Part shown: one piece after another, positions 19,533-28,472 of the stretch
Layout: every line of letters starts with the position of its first letter
Position numbering within the stretch: position 1 is the first letter of the stretch
Source of the DNA: an uncultured Alphaproteobacteria bacterium
GTDB taxonomy: Bacteria; Pseudomonadota; Alphaproteobacteria; Rhizobiales; Xanthobacteraceae
Assembly (NCBI GenBank): GCA_963819465.1
Contig: CAWFWC010000012.1
Span: 21,319 to 85,318, forward strand
Reading direction: 5' to 3'
DNA: 64,000 bases
Made by a program: the position numbers and the translations under genes
Notes under the pieces: generated by a model
What the model was told of the DNA's origin: nothing
What the model saw: only the letters and a program-made list of their open reading frames with translations
Database searches by the model: none

Positions 19533-19940
19533 ATGTTCGTGCTCGGCTTCCCGCTCCTCCTGATCCCTTTCGCCATCTACAATATGATCGCGTTCCTCAC
19601 GCCCGGCGTCAGCTGGACGGCGACGGTGACGACCGTGCACATGATGTCAGGCGCGGACTGGGTACTGACCTGGGAAGACATCCTGATCGCGTTCGCGATC
19701 TTTCTGCTCTGGATCGAAATGATCAAAGCGACGCGCATGGGCATGCGCAGCGTCATGGATCACATCCTGGCGATGATCCTGTTCATCGTCATGCTGGTGG
19801 AATTTTTGCTAGTGCCGCAGGCCGCGACCTCGACATTTTTCCTGTTGATGGCGATCGCGCTGGTCGACGTGCTGGCCGGCTTCATCATCGGCATGCGCGC
19901 GGGGCGGCGACAGGTCGAGGTCGAGGGCCCCGCCGCCTGA
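19533..19940 (+). CDS. Polytopic membrane protein, unknown function
   Basis: This 135-aa ORF has about 4 hydrophobic segments, including MFVLGFPLLLIPFAIYNMIAFL..., ILIAFAIFLLWIEMI and ILAMILFIVMLVEFLLV. Confidence 0.6.
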   Translation: MFVLGFPLLLIPFAIYNMIAFLTPGVSWTATVTTVHMMSGADWVLTWEDILIAFAIFLLWIEMIKATRMGMRSVMDHILAMILFIVMLVEFLLVPQAATSTFFLLMAIALVDVLAGFIIGMRAGRRQVEVEGPAA

Positions 19941-19954
19941 CGCGCGAGCGGCCT

Positions 19955-20341
19955 CTAAGCCCCGCCATTCGGCCCGAAATAGCTGCAGGTTTCGCCGGTC
20001 GAGTCCCGATAGACCGTGACCCGGCTCAAGCTTGAGCAATTCGCGGCCACCCTGCGCCAGATCCAGATCGACAGATTTTCCATCGTAGCCGGACCGAGGT
20101 CCGGCACCTCGTTAAGGAAATGATGGTCGAGACCCGTGCGCGCTTGCTCGATGGCGCGGTCCAGCGTGCCGAAATCGACGACCATGCCGGTGTCCGGATC
20201 GGCCTTGCCGCGCACCACCACTTCGGCGCGGTAGGAATGGCCATGTATGCGTTTGCTGGCGTCGCGCGTCGTCTCGCCATCGGCGCCGCGGTGCAAGGTA
20301 TGCGCGGACTTAAATCTGAATTGTTTGCTGATTTCCAACAT
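19955..20341 (-). CDS. queD: 6-carboxy-5,6,7,8-tetrahydropterin synthase
   Basis: The sequence FRFKSAHTL...RIHGHSYRAEVVV...MVVDFG matches the PTPS/QueD zinc-site pattern. The start shares a TGATG overlap with the queE stop. Confidence 0.85.
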   Translation of the reverse strand: MLEISKQFRFKSAHTLHRGADGETTRDASKRIHGHSYRAEVVVRGKADPDTGMVVDFGTLDRAIEQARTGLDHHFLNEVPDLGPATMENLSIWIWRRVAANCSSLSRVTVYRDSTGETCSYFGPNGGA

Positions 20342-20973
20342 CACGGAATTCCAACGAGCTTGTGCATCTGGACGCTCAGCCGCCAGTGCGGATGCGTCAG
20401 ACAATAGGCGATCGCGGCCGCCGTATTAGCGGCGCGGTCGGGACCGTCCATCGGCTGCAGCCAGAAATGACCGAACTGCAGATCGAAAAATTCCGCCGGA
20501 TCGATGCCGGTCTGCGGATAAACTAATTTGAGCTCGTGGCCGCTACGCTGCTTGAGCGGCGCGCCGGCCTTGGGGCTGACGCAAATCCAGTCGATGCCGT
20601 TGCCGGCATCCTGCGTGCCATTCGTCTCCACCGCGATCTCGAAGCCCAGGCGATGCACGGCCTCGATCAGCGCCGCATCGAGTTGCAAGAGCGGCTCGCC
20701 GCCGGTGAAGACGACGAAGCGCCGCGGGGCGTTGCTCGCCCAGGCTTCTCCGATTGCCCGCGCCAGGTCCGCAGCGCTTTCGAAGCGGCCACCGCCCGGC
20801 CCGTCGGTGCCGACAAAATCCGTGTCGCAGAATTTGCAGATGGCCGTCGCGCGATCCTGTTCGCGGCCGGACCAGAGATTGCAGCCGGTGAAACGGCAGA
20901 ATACGGCGGGGCGGCCGGCCTGGGCGCCCTCGCCTTGCAGCGTCTTGAAGATCTCTTTGACCGTATAAGTCAC
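20341..20973 (-). CDS. queE: 7-carboxy-7-deazaguanine synthase (radical SAM)
   Basis: The N-terminus is FKTLQGEGAQAGRPAVFCRF. The cluster motif C-x14-C-x2-C (TGCNLWSGREQDRATAICKFC) matches that described for Burkholderia-type QueE. Confidence 0.88.
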   Translation of the reverse strand: MTYTVKEIFKTLQGEGAQAGRPAVFCRFTGCNLWSGREQDRATAICKFCDTDFVGTDGPGGGRFESAADLARAIGEAWASNAPRRFVVFTGGEPLLQLDAALIEAVHRLGFEIAVETNGTQDAGNGIDWICVSPKAGAPLKQRSGHELKLVYPQTGIDPAEFFDLQFGHFWLQPMDGPDRAANTAAAIAYCLTHPHWRLSVQMHKLVGIP

Positions 20974-21102
20974 GCATCAGGCTCCGCGGGGATCATTTGC
21001 GCGAGCCGCCCGCAAGGTACAAGGGCTCGATCGGCAAACCCGCCGGTTATGGCCGACTGGGCCATTGGCCGACAGCGAAATGCCCCTAAAGGCCCCTGAA
21101 AG

Positions 21103-21330
21103 TTAGAGAGAGCGGGACAGGACGCGCCCGGCAGCAGCCGGCCTTTGGCCCAGCCCGTTATAGACGCTGATCGCCTCGGCAGGCTCAGCGCGGCGGCGGG
21201 CCCGGGTCTGCGGGGCCTGGGCCTTGGTCGCGATCAAATGGGCGATGAAGCCGCAATCCGGCCGGCTCGCTTGATGCGGCTGGTCGGTGTCTCGGTTAAT
21301 GGGCGCAACCGGAACGAGGGCGTTGTTCAC
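21103..21330 (-). CDS. Small hypothetical protein (75 aa)
   Basis: This ORF is divergent from the GGDEF-EAL gene. It contains the segment FIAHLIATKAQAPQTRARRRAEPAEAISVY. No function can be assigned. Confidence 0.45.
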   Translation of the reverse strand: MNNALVPVAPINRDTDQPHQASRPDCGFIAHLIATKAQAPQTRARRRAEPAEAISVYNGLGQRPAAAGRVLSRSL

Positions 21331-21450
21331 CGCGATCTCCTGTCCCGGAACGGGACGCTTCCTGACCTTCAGTCAGGAGATCGCAATCGACGTGCCGGAA
21401 AATGGCCGCGGGCCGGCATTTACCGAATCGTTTAAGCTCTTGCCGCTACC

Positions 21451-23259
21451 GTGATTAAAGCCCGCGCCGCCTGCGGCACGCGCAGTCTTCGAACCCGCAT
21501 TGCCGGTGAGTGCAAACGCGTGAGCTCGGCCGATCAGCCAAGTGCTTCCTTGCATCAGGACGCTGCCTTCGACGCCGCTTCCATCTTCGCGGCCGTCGGC
21601 GAGGCCGCCTATGACTGGCGCATCGACAGCGATGGCCTGACGTGGAGCGGAAATGCGGCCGCCGTACTGCTGGTGCGCGATGCCGCGGCGATTTCGACCG
21701 GCCGCCTCTATGCGCAAATCCTCGAAGCCGACAATGCACAGGCGCGCCACGACGCCGTCATGCAATCCGGCAAGCACGACGAGGGCGCCGGCGTCGCCTA
21801 TCAGATTCAGTATGCGCTTCGGCCCGAGCCCGGCGCGGAGACGCGGTTATGGGTCGAGGATACCGGCCGCTGGTTCGCCGGCGCCGACGGCAAGCCGGCC
21901 CGCGCGCTCGGGGTCATTCGCGTCATCAACGAGCGGCGCGAGCATGAGCGCAAGCTGGCGTTCCTCGCGCGCTGCGACGGCCTGACCGGCGAGCTGAACC
22001 GGCACAGCCTCACCGAAGTGCTCGAGGACACGATCGAGGACGTGCTGCGCTTTCGCTCGTCGTGCGGCTTCCTTCTGGTCGGCATCGATCATCTCGGGCG
22101 CATCAACGAGTCCTACGGCTTCGACGTCGGCGACGAGGTGATCAGCGCGGTGGCCAAGCGCCTGCGCGCCCGCATGCGCGGCAAGGACACGCTCGGCCGC
22201 CTCGCCGGCAACAAATTCGGCCTGGTGTTGCGCGACTGCACGCCCGACGACATGACCATCGCGGCGGAGCGCATGCTCTCCGGCGTCCGCGAGGAGACGG
22301 TGCCGACAGCGGCCGGAGCGATCGCGGTCACTGTCACCATCGGCGGCATCACCGCCCCGCGCCATGCCAAGAGCGTCGCCGAAGTGCTGGCGCGCACCCA
22401 GGAAAGCCTCGACGCCGCCAAGGCACGCCGCCGCGGCTCATTCGAGCCTTACCGGCCCAGTATCGAGCGCGAGGCGATGCGCCGCGACAATGCCCGCGCC
22501 ACCGACGAGATCGTCGCTGCGCTCAACGAGCGGCGGATTTTCCTTGCTTACGAAACCGTAGCCGCGGCAGGGGACCGCAAGCCCGCTTTCTACGAGTGCC
22601 TGATGCGCATTCGCCGCGCCGACGGCGGCCTCATTGCGGCAAGCGAAATCATTCCGGTGGCGGAACGGCTCGGCCTGGTGCGGCTCCTTGATTTCCGCGT
22701 GCTCGAACTCGTGATCGACGAACTGATCGGGACGCCGAGTCTGCGCGCGAGCCTGAATGTCTCGCCGGCTTCGACCACCGATCCGGACTGGTGGTCGGGC
22801 CTGGCCTCGCTGCTGCGCTCGCATCCCGGCGCCGCCGAACGGCTCATCGTCGAGATCACCGAAAGCGCGGCCATCCTTGATATCGACGAAACTCGTGGCT
22901 TTGTTGCACGCGTCAAGGATCTTGGCTGCCGCATCGCCATCGACGATTTCGGCGCCGGCTACACTTCGTTTCGCAACCTGCGCAAGCTCGGCGTCGATAT
23001 CGTGAAAATCGACGGCGCCTTCGTGCGCGACATCATGCGCTCGGAAGACGATCGCGCCTTCGTGCGCATGCTGATCGAGCTTGCGCAACGGCTCAGGCTC
23101 GAGACGGTCGCCGAGTGGGTGCAGGATGAAGAGGCGGCTGGCGCGCTGCGCGATTGGGGTTGCGACTACCTGCAAGGCGCGCTGATCGGGCTGGCGACCG
23201 CGGAGCGGCCCTGGCTTGCAGACGCCGTGAAATCGCAGCCGGGAACGGCCGCGCTTTAA
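21451..23259 (+). CDS. PAS-like / GGDEF / EAL domain signalling protein with degenerate catalytic motifs
   Basis: AGNKF occupies the GGDEF position, preceded by RGKD (RxxD) five residues upstream. The EAL-domain motifs are ECLMR, EITES, DDFGAGYTSF, KIDGAF, VAEWVQ (in place of EGVE) and YLQG. The start (GTG 21451) is uncertain. Confidence 0.85.
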   Translation: MIKARAACGTRSLRTRIAGECKRVSSADQPSASLHQDAAFDAASIFAAVGEAAYDWRIDSDGLTWSGNAAAVLLVRDAAAISTGRLYAQILEADNAQARHDAVMQSGKHDEGAGVAYQIQYALRPEPGAETRLWVEDTGRWFAGADGKPARALGVIRVINERREHERKLAFLARCDGLTGELNRHSLTEVLEDTIEDVLRFRSSCGFLLVGIDHLGRINESYGFDVGDEVISAVAKRLRARMRGKDTLGRLAGNKFGLVLRDCTPDDMTIAAERMLSGVREETVPTAAGAIAVTVTIGGITAPRHAKSVAEVLARTQESLDAAKARRRGSFEPYRPSIEREAMRRDNARATDEIVAALNERRIFLAYETVAAAGDRKPAFYECLMRIRRADGGLIAASEIIPVAERLGLVRLLDFRVLELVIDELIGTPSLRASLNVSPASTTDPDWWSGLASLLRSHPGAAERLIVEITESAAILDIDETRGFVARVKDLGCRIAIDDFGAGYTSFRNLRKLGVDIVKIDGAFVRDIMRSEDDRAFVRMLIELAQRLRLETVAEWVQDEEAAGALRDWGCDYLQGALIGLATAERPWLADAVKSQPGTAAL

Positions 23260-23852
23260 TCTTTCTGCGAAAGCCGATCGACCTTGCGCTGCATATCGTC
23301 GAGCTGGCGCTTGAGATCGTCGATATCGCCCGACTTCGCCGCAGGCGTCTTTTCAGCTTCCGCCGCGGCTTCGGCGCTTTCACGCCGGGCGAACGGTGCG
23401 AACATCGCGAAGGTCCGCTCGAACATTTCCATGTTCCGCCGCACCTGCTCTTCGAGCGAGGTGAAGGCGCCGACGCCGAAGGCCTGCGCCATCTGATTGC
23501 GGAACTTTTCCTGCTCGCGGGTCAGCGACTCGATGGAGACTTCGAGATAGCGCGGCACCAGCATCTGCATGCTGTCGCCATAGAAACGGATGAGCTGGCG
23601 CAGGAAAGTGATCGGCAAGAGGTTCTGCCCCTGCTTGTTCTCCTGCTCGAAAATGATCTGCGTCAGAACCGACCGTGTGATGTCTTCGGAGGTCTTGGCG
23701 TCATAGACCACGAAATCGTCGCCGGTCTTGACCATGGCCGCGAGGTCTTCGAGCGTCACGTAGGTGCTCGTGCCTGTATTGTAGAGACGCCGGTTGGCGT
23801 ATTTCTTGATCGTCACCGGCTCGGCGGTCTTGGTCGTGGCAGCTTCCGTCAT
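23256..23852 (-). CDS. phaR: Polyhydroxyalkanoate synthesis repressor
   Basis: The N-terminus IKKYANRRLYNTGTSTYVTLEDLAAMVK...VLTQIIFEQE is the PhaR signature. The gene is divergent from phaA. Confidence 0.92.
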   Translation of the reverse strand: MTEAATTKTAEPVTIKKYANRRLYNTGTSTYVTLEDLAAMVKTGDDFVVYDAKTSEDITRSVLTQIIFEQENKQGQNLLPITFLRQLIRFYGDSMQMLVPRYLEVSIESLTREQEKFRNQMAQAFGVGAFTSLEEQVRRNMEMFERTFAMFAPFARRESAEAAAEAEKTPAAKSGDIDDLKRQLDDMQRKVDRLSQKD

Positions 23853-24169
23853 CTGAACACCAGCACGCGGTTGTTGCCACTAAAGTAGGCCGTTTTGTGC
23901 GGCGCGGCTACCGTTATTGTGACGTCCGGTAAACACGCGCCAAAACCGAGCATAGCTGCGCCAAAACCTGCCCGGCAGCGAGGCGTGGCACCTTCTCGCG
24001 GCATAGCAGCATTGCCGCCCTTTCCAGCCTTGTCGAGGGCGAGACACGTGCCTATGACATATATCGAGCAGCCAGCGGTCAGCCCGCCTAAACCCAGCCG
24101 GGAAACGGACGCCGACCTCGCTGGGTCAAGCCCGCCCGAGAATAAGCCCGAACCGGAAGGATTTTCCCA

Positions 24170-25345
24170 ATGAAAGACGACATCGTCATTGTCAGTGCAA
24201 CACGTACGCCGGTTGGCGCATTCAACGGCGCATTCGCCAATGTCCCGGCTCATGAACTCGGCAAGACGGCGATCAAGAGCGCACTCGAGCGCGCGGGCGT
24301 CGAAGGACCGCAGGTTTCCGAAGTGATCCTGGGCCAGATCCTGACCGCCGGTCAGGGCCAGAATCCCGGCCGTCAGGCTTCGATCGCGGCCGGCGTCCCG
24401 GTCGAAACCCCGGCATGGCTGGTCAATCAGCTTTGCGGCTCGGGCTTGCGTTCGGTCGCGCTCGGCTATCAGGCGATTGCCAACGGCGATTTCGAGATCG
24501 TCGTTGCCGGCGGCCAGGAATCCATGAGCGTCGCGCCGCACTGCGCGCATCTGCGCGGCGGCGTGAAGATGGGCAATTTCGAAATGATCGACACGATGAT
24601 CAAGGACGGCCTGTGGGACGCCTTCAACGGCTATCACATGGGCACGACCGCCGAGAACGTCGCGCGGCAGTGGCAGATCACCCGCCAACAGCAGGATGAA
24701 TTCGCGGTCGCGTCGCAGAACAAAGCGGAAGCCGCACAGAAGGCCGGCAAGTTCAAGGACGAGATCACGCCGGTCACGATCAAGACTCGCAAAGGCGACG
24801 TCGTGGTCGATGCCGACGAATATCCCAAGCACGGCACCACGCTCAACTCCATCGGCAAATTGCGGCCGGCCTTCGACAAGGAAGGCACCGTCACCGCCGG
24901 CAATGCGTCGGGCATCAATGACGGCGCCGCCGCGGTGGTGCTGATGAAGGCAAGCGAAGCCGCCAAACGCGGCAAGACCCCACTCGCGCGCATCGTGTCC
25001 TGGGCGCAGGCCGGCGTCGATCCGAAGATCATGGGCACCGGCCCGATCCCGGCCTCGCGCTCGGCGCTGAAGAAGGCCGGCTGGAGCGCCAGCGACCTCG
25101 ATCTGATCGAGGCCAACGAAGCCTTCGCGGCGCAGGCCTGCGCGGTCAACAAGGATCTCGGCTGGGATACCAGCAAGGTCAACGTCAATGGCGGCGCCAT
25201 CGCCATCGGCCATCCGATCGGCGCTTCGGGAACCCGCGTGCTGGTGACGCTGCTTTACGAGATGCAGAAGCGCAACGCCAAGAAGGGCCTTGCCACATTG
25301 TGCATCGGCGGTGGCATGGGCATTGCAATGTGCTTGGAGCGCTGA
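24170..25345 (+). CDS. phaA: Acetyl-CoA acetyltransferase (beta-ketothiolase)
   Basis: The thiolase motif [11 protein letters not shown] (active-site Cys) is present, and the C-terminus reads [17 protein letters not shown]...CIGGGMG. Confidence 0.93.
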   Translation: MKDDIVIVSATRTPVGAFNGAFANVPAHELGKTAIKSALERAGVEGPQVSEVILGQILTAGQGQNPGRQASIAAGVPVETPAWLVNQLCGSGLRSVALGYQAIANGDFEIVVAGGQESMSVAPHCAHLRGGVKMGNFEMIDTMIKDGLWDAFNGYHMGTTAENVARQWQITRQQQDEFAVASQNKAEAAQKAGKFKDEITPVTIKTRKGDVVVDADEYPKHGTTLNSIGKLRPAFDKEGTVTAGNASGINDGAAAVVLMKASEAAKRGKTPLARIVSWAQAGVDPKIMGTGPIPASRSALKKAGWSASDLDLIEANEAFAAQACAVNKDLGWDTSKVNVNGGAIAIGHPIGASGTRVLVTLLYEMQKRNAKKGLATLCIGGGMGIAMCLER

Positions 25346-25536
25346 ACCTCTCGTTCGCGCTCGCGTTGAGTAAGATCATGGCCGGCTCAAGCATCAACTT
25401 GCGCCGGCCATTGACGTCTTTAAGCTGGTCCCAAAACCAGGACATTGCGTCCCGGCACGGGTGCCCGGCAAATTTTTTTGAGCCGTCCGGGAAATCGTAA
25501 CCGGGACCGTCGTTGGATCTGGAAAGGGAGGATTTC

Positions 25537-26262
25537 ATGCCCCGCGTTGCGCTGGTTACGGGGGGGACGCGCGGTATCGGCGCGGCCATCAGCAAAGCCC
25601 TTCAAGCAGCCGGTTACAAAGTTGCGGCCACCTATGGCGGCAATGATGAGGCGGCACAGAAGTTCAAGGCCGAAACAGGCATCGCCGTCTTCAAGTGGGA
25701 CGTGTCGTCATTCGACGCCTGCGCCGCGGGTATCAAGCAGGTCGAGGCAGAGCTCGGGCCGGTCGACGTGTTGGTGAACAATGCCGGCATCACTCGCGAT
25801 GCCCAGCTTCACCGCATGAAGCCGGAGCAATGGACTGAAGTGATCAACACCAATCTCGGCTCGCTGTTCAACATGTGCCGCAACGTCATCGAGGGCATGC
25901 GCGAGCGGAAGTTCGGCCGCATCGTCAACATTTCCTCGATCAACGGGCAGAAGGGCCAATTCGGCCAGACCAACTATTCCGCCGCCAAAGCCGGCGAGAT
26001 CGGCTTCACCAAGGCGCTGGCGCAGGAAGGCGCGCGCGCCGGCGTCACCGTCAATGCAATCTGCCCAGGCTATATCGCCACCGACATGGTCAAGGCGATG
26101 TCGCAGGAAGTGCTGCAAAAGAGCGTGCTGCCGCAGATCCCGATCGGCCGGCTCGGCGAGCCCGAGGAAATCGCGCGTTGCGTCGTGTTCCTCGCCTCCG
26201 ACGAGGCCGGCCTGCTCACCGGCTCGACCCTGACGGCCAATGGCGGGCAGTATTTCGCTTAG
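25537..26262 (+). CDS. phaB: Acetoacetyl-CoA reductase
   Basis: An SD sequence gggagg lies upstream of the ATG at 25537. The SDR motifs VTGGTRGIG, NNAG and YSAAKAG are present. The gene lies downstream of phaA. Confidence 0.9.
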   Translation: MPRVALVTGGTRGIGAAISKALQAAGYKVAATYGGNDEAAQKFKAETGIAVFKWDVSSFDACAAGIKQVEAELGPVDVLVNNAGITRDAQLHRMKPEQWTEVINTNLGSLFNMCRNVIEGMRERKFGRIVNISSINGQKGQFGQTNYSAAKAGEIGFTKALAQEGARAGVTVNAICPGYIATDMVKAMSQEVLQKSVLPQIPIGRLGEPEEIARCVVFLASDEAGLLTGSTLTANGGQYFA

Positions 26263-26342
26263 GCCGGCATTTCGCTTGAGGATTGGCAGACCTATATTGG
26301 GGTCCGATCAGGCAAAGTTCCCAATCAGTCGTCGGTAACAGC

Positions 26343-28070
26343 ATGGCGTCGTCTCCAATTCCCCTCAGCGAGCGGCGGCACGACCAGATGTTCCCCGATC
26401 TCGAGCCGTTCGAGATCGACCGGATGCGCCGGTTCGGCGAATGTCACGTCTTCGAACCGGGCGACAAGCTCTTCACCGCCGGCAAGATCGGACCGGGCCT
26501 CATCGTCATCCCTTGCGGCAAGGTCCAGGTCACCCGAGACGATGGCCTCGGCAACCATCACGAAATCGTCACGCACGGTCCGGGGCAGTTCCTCGGCGAA
26601 TTGGCGCAAATGGCTGGCCGGCCGTCGCTCGCCGATGCGACCGCGCTTGAGACCGTGCGCAGCCTGATCATTTCACCGGACCGGCTCCGCGCGCTGCTCG
26701 TGGCCGAAGCCGAGCTTGGCGAGCGCATCATGCGCGCGCTCATTCTCCGCCGTATGGGACTCCTTGAACTCGGCGCCGGTGGGCCGATCATTGTCGGCCG
26801 CGCCGAGAACGCGGACGTGCTGCGGCTGCGCGGCTTTCTTCGCCGCAACGGCCATCCGCATCAATTGATGAATTCCGACACCGATCCCGAAGCCAAGGCG
26901 CTGATCGAGCGCTTCCATGTCGACCCGGGTCAATTGCCGATCGTGCTGTGCCCAGGCGGACAATTGCTCCGCAATCCCGGCGAAGACGAATTGGCGCGCT
27001 GCGTTGGGCTGGTGCGGGCGATCGATCCTAAACGACTCTACGATGTCGCCGTCATCGGTGCGGGGCCCGCCGGTCTTGCGACAGCAGTGTATGCCGCATC
27101 CGAAGGGCTTTCCGTCATCGTGCTCGATTGTCGCGCCTTCGGCGGCCAGGCCGGCGCTTCCGCGCGCATCGAAAATTATCTCGGCTTCCCGACCGGGATC
27201 ACCGGCATGGCGCTGATGGCGCGCGCTTATAATCAGGCGCAAAAATTCGGAGCCGAAATGGCGATCCCGGATGAGGTGAGCCAGCTCTGCGCGCAAGAAG
27301 GCGGCGAAGATCCCTTCAGCCTCAATCTCCACAATGGCGAGCGCGTGCGCACGCGTTCGATCGTGATCGCAAGCGGCGCGCGTTACCGGCGGCTCGACGT
27401 CGCCAATCTCGACACTTATGAGGGGGCGAGCGTCCATTACTGGGCGACGCCGCTCGAGGCCAAGCTTTGCGCCGATCAGGAAGTTGCGTTGGTCGGCGCT
27501 GGCAACTCGGCCGGCCAGGCGGCGGTGTTCCTCGCCGGCCAAGGCGTCAAAGTGCGCATGCTGGTGCGCCGGCCGGATCTCAATGAGACCATGTCGCGCT
27601 ATCTGGTCGACCGCATCGAGGGCCTCACCAATGTCAAAGTCGAAACTGGCTGTGCGGTGAGCGGGCTTGAAGGAAGCAATGGCATGCTCGAAGCGGTGCG
27701 CTGGCGTAATGGCGCATCCGAAGTACGAGAACCGATGAGCCATTTGTTTTTGTTCATCGGCGCCGATCCGAACACCGATTGGCTTGCGGGGTCGGACGTC
27801 AAGCTCGACGGCAAGGGCTTTGTCCTGACCGGGGAGGATGCCAGCGGCGATCGTCATCCGCTGGAAACCAGCAAGCGCGGCGTCTTCGCAATCGGCGATG
27901 TGCGCTCAGGCTCGATCAAACGCGTGGCCGCCGCTGTCGGCGAAGGCGCGCAAGTCGTCGCCGCGCTGCATTCCTATCTGGCCGCGACGACCATCAAGGC
28001 GCCGACGCTGGCGGTCATGGTGCCAAACTCTTCGGCGACCAATCCTTCGGTGCAAGCTCAAACGTCTTGA
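26343..28070 (+). CDS. Cyclic-nucleotide-binding domain / glutaredoxin-like / thioredoxin-reductase-like flavoprotein (no CxxC)
   Basis: The N-terminal cNMP-binding fold includes GDKLFTAGK...GQFLGELAQMAGRPSLADATA. The middle segment is a thioredoxin-fold-like region (PIVLCPGGQLLRNP). The C-terminal part has two dinucleotide folds (VAVIGAGPAGLATA, VALVGAGNSAGQAA). No CxxC occurs anywhere in the ORF. Confidence 0.8.
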   Translation: MASSPIPLSERRHDQMFPDLEPFEIDRMRRFGECHVFEPGDKLFTAGKIGPGLIVIPCGKVQVTRDDGLGNHHEIVTHGPGQFLGELAQMAGRPSLADATALETVRSLIISPDRLRALLVAEAELGERIMRALILRRMGLLELGAGGPIIVGRAENADVLRLRGFLRRNGHPHQLMNSDTDPEAKALIERFHVDPGQLPIVLCPGGQLLRNPGEDELARCVGLVRAIDPKRLYDVAVIGAGPAGLATAVYAASEGLSVIVLDCRAFGGQAGASARIENYLGFPTGITGMALMARAYNQAQKFGAEMAIPDEVSQLCAQEGGEDPFSLNLHNGERVRTRSIVIASGARYRRLDVANLDTYEGASVHYWATPLEAKLCADQEVALVGAGNSAGQAAVFLAGQGVKVRMLVRRPDLNETMSRYLVDRIEGLTNVKVETGCAVSGLEGSNGMLEAVRWRNGASEVREPMSHLFLFIGADPNTDWLAGSDVKLDGKGFVLTGEDASGDRHPLETSKRGVFAIGDVRSGSIKRVAAAVGEGAQVVAALHSYLAATTIKAPTLAVMVPNSSATNPSVQAQTS

Positions 28071-28458
28071 AGTCGAAGCCCGGCGTCACGGTGCAGCCGA
28101 CCAGCGTCCAGTGGCCGAGCGACTGTGCCGCCTGCCACGCATGAGCCGGCACAACGGCTTGCGGATGCTCGCCTGCCGCCAGATCGCAGCCCAGCGTAAC
28201 GCTTTCGATTGCTCCGGGCGCATTTGAAATTTCAAGCTTCAGCGGCGCGCCGGCATGCCAATGCCAGAGCTCGGTGGCGTCGAAGCGATGCCAATGCGAG
28301 CGCTCGCCGCGCGCCAGCAAAAAATAGATCGCGGTCGATGCCGCGCGGCCGCCGACCTCGTTGCCGTCACGAAACGTCTCGCGGAAATGCCCGCCTTCCG
28401 GATGCGGCTTGAGGTCGAGCAGCCGGATGATGTCGGCTGCGGTCAATGCGGCGTCCAA
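28015..28458 (-). CDS. Cupin superfamily protein (DUF985-like)
   Basis: The sequence LDLKPHPEGGHFRETF...STAIYFLL...SHWHR...ELWHWHAG...VGCTVTPGFDF is characteristic of this family. Confidence 0.8.
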   Translation of the reverse strand: MDAALTAADIIRLLDLKPHPEGGHFRETFRDGNEVGGRAASTAIYFLLARGERSHWHRFDATELWHWHAGAPLKLEISNAPGAIESVTLGCDLAAGEHPQAVVPAHAWQAAQSLGHWTLVGCTVTPGFDFKTFELAPKDWSPKSLAP

Positions 28459-28472
28459 GGCTCGCGCTTTCT

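Noticed and set aside
20974-21102. A preQ1 riboswitch might lie upstream of queE-queD.
   Set aside because: No preQ1-I/II-like sequence is present, such as a compact hairpin followed by an A-rich tail with a CUA/ACUAA-type element. The leader is GC-rich and unstructured by eye.
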